This document shows, one piece after another, positions 59,282 to 64,000 of a stretch of 64,000 nt of DNA. Below the pieces are notes generated by a model. The model saw only the letters and a program-made list of their open reading frames with translations, was not told the origin of the DNA and ran no database searches. A program made the position numbers and the translations under genes. This stretch comes from Sulfurisoma sp. (GTDB taxonomy: Bacteria; Pseudomonadota; Gammaproteobacteria; Burkholderiales; Rhodocyclaceae): the NCBI GenBank assembly GCA_030691075.1, contig JAUYFI010000187.1, positions 387 through 64,386 on the forward strand, in the 5' to 3' direction. Each line of letters opens with the position of its first letter. Position 1 is the first letter of the stretch.

Positions 59282-62200
59282 TCAACCGCGGAGGAGGGTG
59301 AGCACCTGGTTCGGCAGGGCATTGGCCTGGGCCAGCATCGCCACGCCCGCCTGCTGCAGAATCTGCGCGCGGGTGAGGTCGGCGGTTTCGCTGGCGAAGT
59401 CTGCATCCTGAATCCGCGAGCGGGCGGCGCTGATGTTCTCGGCACTGGTCGTCAGGTTGGCCACCGTCGAACCGAAGCGGTTCTGGATCGCACCCAGGTC
59501 GGCGCGAATCGTATTGGTCTGGGCCAGGGCGGCGTCGATGACCGACAGGGCATTCTGCGCGCCTTCGGCGGTGCTGATGTCGATTGTCGAGAGCTTGGTC
59601 TTGGAACTGGCCACCGTCTCGCCCGCCGTGGTCGTGTTGAGCACGCCGCCGGAGGTATTGGCGATGTTCGAGGTCACCGAGAACGGGCCGGAAAGCGACT
59701 CGAAGGTTACCCTGCCGGCAATCACGGTGGAATCCAGTTGCGCGGCCTGGGCGACCGTGCCGCCGTCCTTGAGGGTAACCGCCGAGCCGGTGATGCCGGT
59801 GATGTTGAGGGTCCGCTCGACATCATTGACGCCACTGGAATCGGTCACGGCCGAGGAGTGCGCGAAGTTTTCGATCTTGATGTCGTAACCCTCGGCGCTG
59901 ACCAGCTTCAGGCTGCCGGCGGTGGTGATTTCGGCGCTGATGCCGGTGGAGCCGGTGCGCTGATTGACCGCCGAGGCCAGGGCCGAGAGATCCGCCGTGG
60001 TGACGGTGGCGGAGATGGCGACGGCATCGCCGTTGGAACCGTAGAGATTGAAGGATACCGAACCGTCCGCCGAGAGGCCGCTGAAGGTCGCCTCGGAGCG
60101 GGCACGCCCGGTCACGCCGGTGTTGCCGGAGACGGCAGTGGCGGCGGCGGCGATCTGCTTGGCCGTCGAGTTGGCGGCGACGCTGATTGCCTGGCTGACA
60201 ATGCCGGAGACCGTGATGGTCTGGGCGCTGACGTTGTTGCCCTCGGAGATGCCGGTGGTGGCGGTGGCGGACGTCAGGGTGAGGTTGGTCGCGTCCGTTG
60301 CGCCGCTCTCGAATTGCGCCGCGTTGGTCATGAACTTCAGGCTGAAGCCGTTATCGGCGGCGGCGATGATCTGGCCGCGCACCGAGGTGGAGTCGTTGCC
60401 GGCGGTGGCGAGACGGGTTTCGACCGGCGCTACCGCCGTGCCGTTGAGGCCGGTGACCAGGCCGGTGGCCGTGACGGCGGCGGTGTTCGCGGCGGCGGCT
60501 GCACTGACGCTGCCCGAACCCGTGCCGGTGGTTTGCGCCAGGGTGACGTTGGTGTTGTTCGATGCGCCGGCGAGCACCTCGGTGGCGTTGGCATCGAACT
60601 TCAGGTTGTAGCCGCTTTCGGTGGAGACCATGACCGTGCCGCGCACCGAGGCGGAGTCGGTGCCGCTAGCGTCGGTCAGGGTGATCGCTACGCCATCCAG
60701 GCCGGTGACCAGGTTAGTGGCGGCGAGGGAAGTGTTGGTGGCGGTGGCGGCTACGGTAGTAGCGGGACCGGCTGTCGTGGCAGTCGAACCATACCCGGCA
60801 AGTGTCGCTGCGGTGAGCGTGAAGTTGGTCGCACCTCCCAACGTTGCAGAGATCACACCTGGATCGGTCGTGCCGGTTTTGACTATCTGTATTGCAGCAC
60901 CAGCACCGCCCGTTTGCGTGAAAGTATAACCAGCAGCAGCCGCAAGTGTGCCATAGGCGGTTGCTGGGGCCAGTGCCGCATACAGAGCATCATTTTGTTC
61001 TGCGATAGTCGCTGTCCCATCGCTTGTCCATCCAGCCGTCCCGGTGACGCCGGTTAGAGAAAGTGTGAGTGCTGTGGAGTGGTCTGCGGTACCGCTGAAA
61101 GTCAGGCTGGTCGCTACCGTGGTGTTGGCAATATCGAAGTTGGCGATGTTGATATCAACACCCGATGCACTGACGATGGTGGCCTCGTCGCCCGAGGTCA
61201 GGGCGGCGGTGTTCAGCGTCAGATCGGAATTGCCGTTGGCGGTATTAATGGCGGCAATTGCCGTCCCTAGGGCGGTCTGCAGGTTGGTGCGTGTCGCTGC
61301 GTCGGTGGCGCCAACCGCGTAGCTGACGGTTTGTACGTCGGCGGCTGCGTTGGTCGATAGCGCGAAGCTGATGGTGTCGCCGGCATCGACCCTGGCGTTC
61401 GCCGCTTGATTGAGGATAGCCGTGATATCCAGCTTCATCTGGTTGTAGCCGGTGGCTTTGACGCCGGTGAGGGTATTCAGCTGGGTTGCAAACGTTGCGG
61501 CGGAGGAAGTGTCAGAGATTGAGGCAACATCTATGCTTGCGTCCGGACCCGTGGAAGTCGCATTGAACGCGCCTGCGCCGCCGCCGAAATAGTTGTCGCT
61601 GCGCGCGGTGGCAGCATCGGCGGCGGCTGCCGACGTGTTACCCAAGCCGGCCGTGCCGGTACCGAGCAGATTGACGGTATTGGCGACGCTGGTGCTGGCG
61701 CCGCTGGTGCTGGTGGTGGTGAAGGTGGTGCCGGCGAGGCCGCCGGACATCTTGGCGACGAAGTCGCCGGCGGAGTCGGTGGTGCCGGTGCTGCGGCTGA
61801 AGGTGATGGCTCCGCCCGCGGTGGTTTGCGAGAAGGTGTAGCCGGCGGCGGCGAGATCCGCCGAGCGGGCGGTCAGGCCAGCCAGCAGGCCGTCGTTGGC
61901 CGAGGCGGTTGTCGCGGCGGCGACGGTGAAGCTGACCGCGCCATTCGCCACGCCGCTGAGGGTCATGGTGCGCGCGCCGGTGTCCGCCGCGGCGACGGCG
62001 GTGAAGCCCAGCGTGGTATTCGTGGTGTTGTTGGCCACGGCGAAGTTGGCCAGGTTGATGTCCACGCCCGATGCGCTGGCGATGGTGATCTCATCGCCGG
62101 TGGCAAAGCCGCTGGCGCCTTCGAGCGTCAGGTCGCTGTTGCCGTTGGCGGTGTTGATCGCGGCGACGGCGGTCGTGAGGGCGGACTGGATATTGGTGCG

Positions 62201-63124
62201 CGTCGCGGAATCGGTGGCGCCGACCGCGTAGCTGACGGTCTGGGCGGTGCCGGCATCGGTGGAGAGGTCGAAGCTGACGAGATCGCCGACGTTGATCGAG
62301 GCGGGAAGCGCGGTATTGCTCAGGATGCTGCTGAAATCCAGCTTCATCGCGTTGTAGCCAACGGCCTCGATACCGACCAGGCCATTGAGCGACGCGGCGG
62401 CTTCCTTGGCGGTGGAGGTGGCGGCGATGCTGACATCCGTCGCGCCGCCGGCGGCATCGGTGACGCGGGCCGTCGTGGCCGAGGCAAAATCGTTGACGGT
62501 GCGGGCCAGGGCGGCGGTGGTGGTGACGGCGGCCGAGGCGCCGAGCTTGGTGCCGTTCAGGGTGGCGCTATTGGCGCCCTTGGCCGCGCTGATCTGGGAG
62601 CTGATCTGGTTGGCGCCGAGAATCTCGCCGGAAGCGCCGGCGACGGAGACGTTGATGGTCTCGCGGGCATTGGCGCCGACCTGGAAGCTCTGGGTGGTGA
62701 AGGAACCATCGAGCAGCTTGAGGCCGTTGAACGAGGTGGTGCTGGCAATGCGGTCGAGCTCGGATTTGAGCTGGTTGACTTCGGACTGCAGGGCCAGGCG
62801 GTCGGACGCGCTGTTGGTGGCGTTGGACGACTGGATGGAGAGTTCGCGCATCCGCTGGAGGATGTTGCCGGTTTCCTGCAGGGCGCCTTCGGCCGTCTGG
62901 GCCAGTGAAACGCCGTCGTTGGCATTACGCACGGCCTGGTTGAGGCCGCGAATCTGGGAGGTCATCCGGTCGGCAATGGCCATGCCGGCAGCGTCGTCTT
63001 TCGCGCTGTTGATGCGCAGGCCGGAGGACAGGCGCTGCAGCGAGGTGGCCAGCGCCGTCTGGCTGGTATTGAGGTTGCGCTGGGAATTGAGCGACGGGAT
63101 GTTGGTGTTGATTACTTGTGCCAT
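59282..63124 (-). CDS. fliC: Giant flagellin (1280 aa)
   Basis: Conserved flagellin N- and C-termini enclosing about 1000 aa of Ala/Thr/Gly-rich repeated domains. Confidence 0.96.
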   Translation of the reverse strand: MAQVINTNIPSLNSQRNLNTSQTALATSLQRLSSGLRINSAKDDAAGMAIADRMTSQIRGLNQAVRNANDGVSLAQTAEGALQETGNILQRMRELSIQSSNATNSASDRLALQSEVNQLKSELDRIASTTSFNGLKLLDGSFTTQSFQVGANARETINVSVAGASGEILGANQISSQISAAKGANSATLNGTKLGASAAVTTTAALARTVNDFASATTARVTDAAGGATDVSIAATSTAKEAAASLNGLVGIEAVGYNAMKLDFSSILSNTALPASINVGDLVSFDLSTDAGTAQTVSYAVGATDSATRTNIQSALTTAVAAINTANGNSDLTLEGASGFATGDEITIASASGVDINLANFAVANNTTNTTLGFTAVAAADTGARTMTLSGVANGAVSFTVAAATTASANDGLLAGLTARSADLAAAGYTFSQTTAGGAITFSRSTGTTDSAGDFVAKMSGGLAGTTFTTTSTSGASTSVANTVNLLGTGTAGLGNTSAAAADAATARSDNYFGGGAGAFNATSTGPDASIDVASISDTSSAATFATQLNTLTGVKATGYNQMKLDITAILNQAANARVDAGDTISFALSTNAAADVQTVSYAVGATDAATRTNLQTALGTAIAAINTANGNSDLTLNTAALTSGDEATIVSASGVDINIANFDIANTTVATSLTFSGTADHSTALTLSLTGVTGTAGWTSDGTATIAEQNDALYAALAPATAYGTLAAAAGYTFTQTGGAGAAIQIVKTGTTDPGVISATLGGATNFTLTAATLAGYGSTATTAGPATTVAATATNTSLAATNLVTGLDGVAITLTDASGTDSASVRGTVMVSTESGYNLKFDANATEVLAGASNNTNVTLAQTTGTGSGSVSAAAAANTAAVTATGLVTGLNGTAVAPVETRLATAGNDSTSVRGQIIAAADNGFSLKFMTNAAQFESGATDATNLTLTSATATTGISEGNNVSAQTITVSGIVSQAISVAANSTAKQIAAAATAVSGNTGVTGRARSEATFSGLSADGSVSFNLYGSNGDAVAISATVTTADLSALASAVNQRTGSTGISAEITTAGSLKLVSAEGYDIKIENFAHSSAVTDSSGVNDVERTLNITGITGSAVTLKDGGTVAQAAQLDSTVIAGRVTFESLSGPFSVTSNIANTSGGVLNTTTAGETVASSKTKLSTIDISTAEGAQNALSVIDAALAQTNTIRADLGAIQNRFGSTVANLTTSAENISAARSRIQDADFASETADLTRAQILQQAGVAMLAQANALPNQVLTLLRG

Positions 63125-63222
63125 TTTTCAATCTCCTTGGAGAGGGTTTTCCTCGTCGGCTGCTTTGCTATGCGCTGGCGCCGGCGCCGGTTGGGTAGCG
63201 GTATGTGCCGCTGACAGGAGCT

Positions 63223-63249
63223 TTATCGGAGCCGGCGGGGGAAACTTTA
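63223..63249 (-). promoter_or_regulatory. sigma28 promoter of flagellin 2
   Basis: TAAAG-N14-TCCGATAA. Confidence 0.85.
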
Positions 63250-63425
63250 GGGCATCCCGGGATAGGCGGTGATAGACCAGACAGGTCCAACCAGCGTTCG
63301 AGGCGACCTGCGCGACAAAGCCGCGCCGCGCCGGTTACCTTTACGATATATCGCGTAAAGGTTTCGCGGAGGCGTTTTGACCGCTACAATGGTGATGTTT
63401 TGATGCTTCGTCTGGAGACATTGTG

Positions 63426-63689
63426 ATGCGTACTACTCTCGCACTGGAAGACACGCTTGCCGGCGAACTCAAGAAAATGGCTCTGGAAACCGGAAAACCC
63501 TTCAAGCAAGTGGTTAATGAAACGCTGCTGCTCGGCTTGCGGCAGACGGCGCACCGCCCTCAGGCGTATCGCCTGAAGCCGGCCAGCCTTGGCTCCCTGC
63601 GGGCGGGGTTCGACCTGGATAAGGCGCTGCAACTGGCGGACATGCTGGAGGATGATGCCCTTGCCGGAAAACTGGAGCAGCGCAAGTGA
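63426..63689 (+). CDS. VapB-like RHH antitoxin
   Basis: MRTTLALED...FKQVVNETL; GTGA overlap with a PIN gene. Confidence 0.85.
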   Translation: MRTTLALEDTLAGELKKMALETGKPFKQVVNETLLLGLRQTAHRPQAYRLKPASLGSLRAGFDLDKALQLADMLEDDALAGKLEQRK

Positions 63690-64000
63690 TCCTCGTCGAT
63701 GCCAATCTGCTGATCTATGCCGTCAATGAGGATCTGCCCCTGCACAAGCAGGCGAAAGCCTGGTGGGAAAAGGCGCTGTCAGGCGCCACGATAATCGGCC
63801 TCCCCTGGGTATCCGTGCTGGCATTCCTGCGGATATGCACCAATCCCCGGGTGTTCTCGCGGCCGCTGACGCCGGAACAGGCGATTGCCTACATCGACGA
63901 ATGGCTGGCGCAGCCTCCCGCCCGTCTCGTTGCCCCTGGATCGGGGCATTGGCCCATCATGCGGAACCTGTTACAGCAGGCGGGCACGGCGGGAAATCTC
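63686..64000 (+). CDS. vapC: VapC/PIN toxin, 5' part (runs off the window)
   Basis: GTG ATC CTC GTC GAT GCC AAT gives MILVDANLLIYAVN...W...FLRICTNPRVF. Confidence 0.88.
   Translation, partial: MILVDANLLIYAVNEDLPLHKQAKAWWEKALSGATIIGLPWVSVLAFLRICTNPRVFSRPLTPEQAIAYIDEWLAQPPARLVAPGSGHWPIMRNLLQQAGTAGNL

Noticed and set aside
63280-63345. c-di-GMP-I riboswitch-like fragments (CAAAGCC..GGTTACC)
   Set aside because: The GYAAA/GNRA stem and tetraloop receptor are not evident, and it points toward the TA genes rather than the flagellin

Overview
GC-rich proteobacterial DNA; gene content and order suggest a betaproteobacterium of the Rhodocyclales/Sterolibacteriaceae type (inference). The window is almost entirely one polar-type flagellar/chemotaxis supercluster. 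It contains a STAS + HsbR-like partner switch, an MCP, cheV-cheV-cheY-cheZ-cheA, flhBAFG-fliA-motAB, flgNMA, flgB-L, fliR-F, a fleSR-like sigma54 two-component system, fliE, ycgR, flhX, a fliK-like gene, fliTSD, two very large flagellins (861 and 1280 aa) and flaG. A toxin-antitoxin hotspot lies between and beside the flagellins. The most unusual signals are intergenic. (1) A dispersed 80-95 nt structured element has five full copies and one partial copy. Each full copy is a short ORF whose stop codon meets the next gene's start, and its 3' stem covaries between copies while covering the downstream RBS/start. (2) Further repeat-free bridging mini-ORFs occur at other gene junctions. (3) A 24-nt dispersed repeat marks most boundaries of the TA modules. 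(4) An 18-bp duplication of the flaG 3' end brackets a 1-kb islet. (5) Two MITE shell types carry the same 72-bp hairpin core, and one copy has broken into microsatellites. (6) A CGGCAA-N3-TTGCCG motif recurs at flagellar promoters. (7) FliA has an AT-hook-like tail. All calls come from reading the sequence by eye; no database searches were run.
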